DNA of 64,000 nucleotides from Oceanivirga miroungae (GTDB lineage Bacteria; Fusobacteriota; Fusobacteriia; Fusobacteriales; Leptotrichiaceae): NCBI RefSeq assembly GCF_902505095.1, contig NZ_CABWIB010000001.1, positions 570,688 to 634,687 of the forward strand, read 5' to 3'. Shown piece by piece: positions 63,362 to 64,000 of this stretch (position 1 is its first letter; each line of letters starts with the position of its first letter). The notes under the pieces were generated by a model. It saw only the letters and a program-made list of their open reading frames with translations, ran no database searches and was not told where the DNA came from. The position numbers and the translations under genes were made by a program.

Positions 63362-64000
63362 ATGGAAGAAATAATATTTAATAAAGATGAAAATGAAAAC
63401 TATGGAATAGAGATAACTTCTGTAAGTTCTTTTATTGATGAAGTAAATAAGTTAAAAGATGATTTGTACGGGAGTAACGAGGAATTATTTTTCAGGGGGC
63501 AAAAGACGGATTTCTGGGATGTTATTCCAAGCATTTTTAGAGACAATTTTTTAAGTGTAGAACATACATTAATGCAAGTACCTCTATTAAAAGCACCATA
63601 TGAATTTATTTCTATAAATAATGATTTTGAAATCATGACGAAATACTAGCATTATGGAATGTGCACAAGACTGTTAGATTTAACTACTAATCCATTAGTT
63701 GCTCTATACTTTGCTTGTGAAGAATATGGTAAGGTGTGTTATAAAGGAATTGAAGATGAAGAGGATACTAAAACACAAGAAGCAAACGGTGTAATATTTT
63801 TTAATAAGAAATACTCTGTATCTACAAATGAAATAAATATAAAAGTCATATCCTCTTTATCTCAGATAGATTTGTCAAATGATAATACTCTTGAGTCCAT
63901 ATTGAGAAAACTTACAGAACGCCAAGCTATATCAAAAGAGTTAGAAGAAAGATGGAAATCAAAAGAATATTACGAAGAATTTATAAATATTATTCAGAAT
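63362..64000 (+). pseudogene. FRG-domain protein interrupted by an in-frame TAG at the conserved Gln of the QHYG motif (runs off window end)
   Basis: Upstream part has FRGQ (ELFFRGQKTDFWDVIPSIFR). After the TAG at 63647-63649 the same frame continues HYGMCTRLLDLTTNPLVALYFAC, matching the FRG core QHYG.PTRLLDWT.NPLVALYFA. CAG->TAG would explain the stop. Confidence 0.6.

Overview
This is a very AT-rich bacterial chromosomal segment that is almost entirely coding on the + strand. Gene content (type Va autotransporter with C-terminal beta-barrel, AMIN-type amidase, SPFH, PspC) and composition suggest a Gram-negative low-GC organism, possibly Fusobacterium-like (inference only).

Housekeeping content from start to end: ABC ATPase and PfkB sugar kinase; the alpha operon (infA-rpmJ-rpsM-rpsK-rpsD-rpoA-rplQ); rimP-nusA-ylxR-infB-rbfA; tig-clpP-clpX-lon-yajC; an amidase; hpt-rsmA-KH protein. 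After the island come yfiH, secA, a PspC-domain protein, a TPR lipoprotein, an SPFH protein, tRNA-Leu(CAA), trmB, a UNG-like glycosylase carrying an unusual N-terminal extension, guaB, ligA, asnA, a tmk-like kinase, a nucleoside-salvage cluster (BMP lipoprotein-pdp-deoC-deoD-cdd), an autotransporter, GNAT, copA and guaA.

The most unusual region is a roughly 7-8 kb block of lineage-orphan genes (19.3-26.5 kb) set between two tandem terminators and yfiH/secA. It encodes, translationally coupled, three unknown proteins, a compact VgrG-like spike protein (gp27-like N-terminus plus gp5/gpV-type OB-fold), and a 1031-aa protein with an internal DUF4280 (PAAR-like) domain followed by an uncharacterised ~270-aa C-terminal, presumably toxic, domain. 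That protein is overlapped by a signal-peptide beta-barrel-like protein. This looks like an orphan spike/PAAR-like polymorphic-toxin module with no sheath, tube or baseplate genes in the window.

The 3' end of the window (>58 kb, visibly higher GC) is an acquired defence/mobile region. It holds tandem Fic/Doc-family genes each preceded by the same repeated intergenic element, an IS21-family element with a frameshifted istB, an XRE regulator, and a phase-variable Type I R-M 'shufflon' (hsdM, half hsdS, inverted silent hsdS cassette, tyrosine recombinase, full hsdS, with readable inverted repeats). The last gene is an FRG-domain gene interrupted by an in-frame TAG exactly at a conserved Gln codon.
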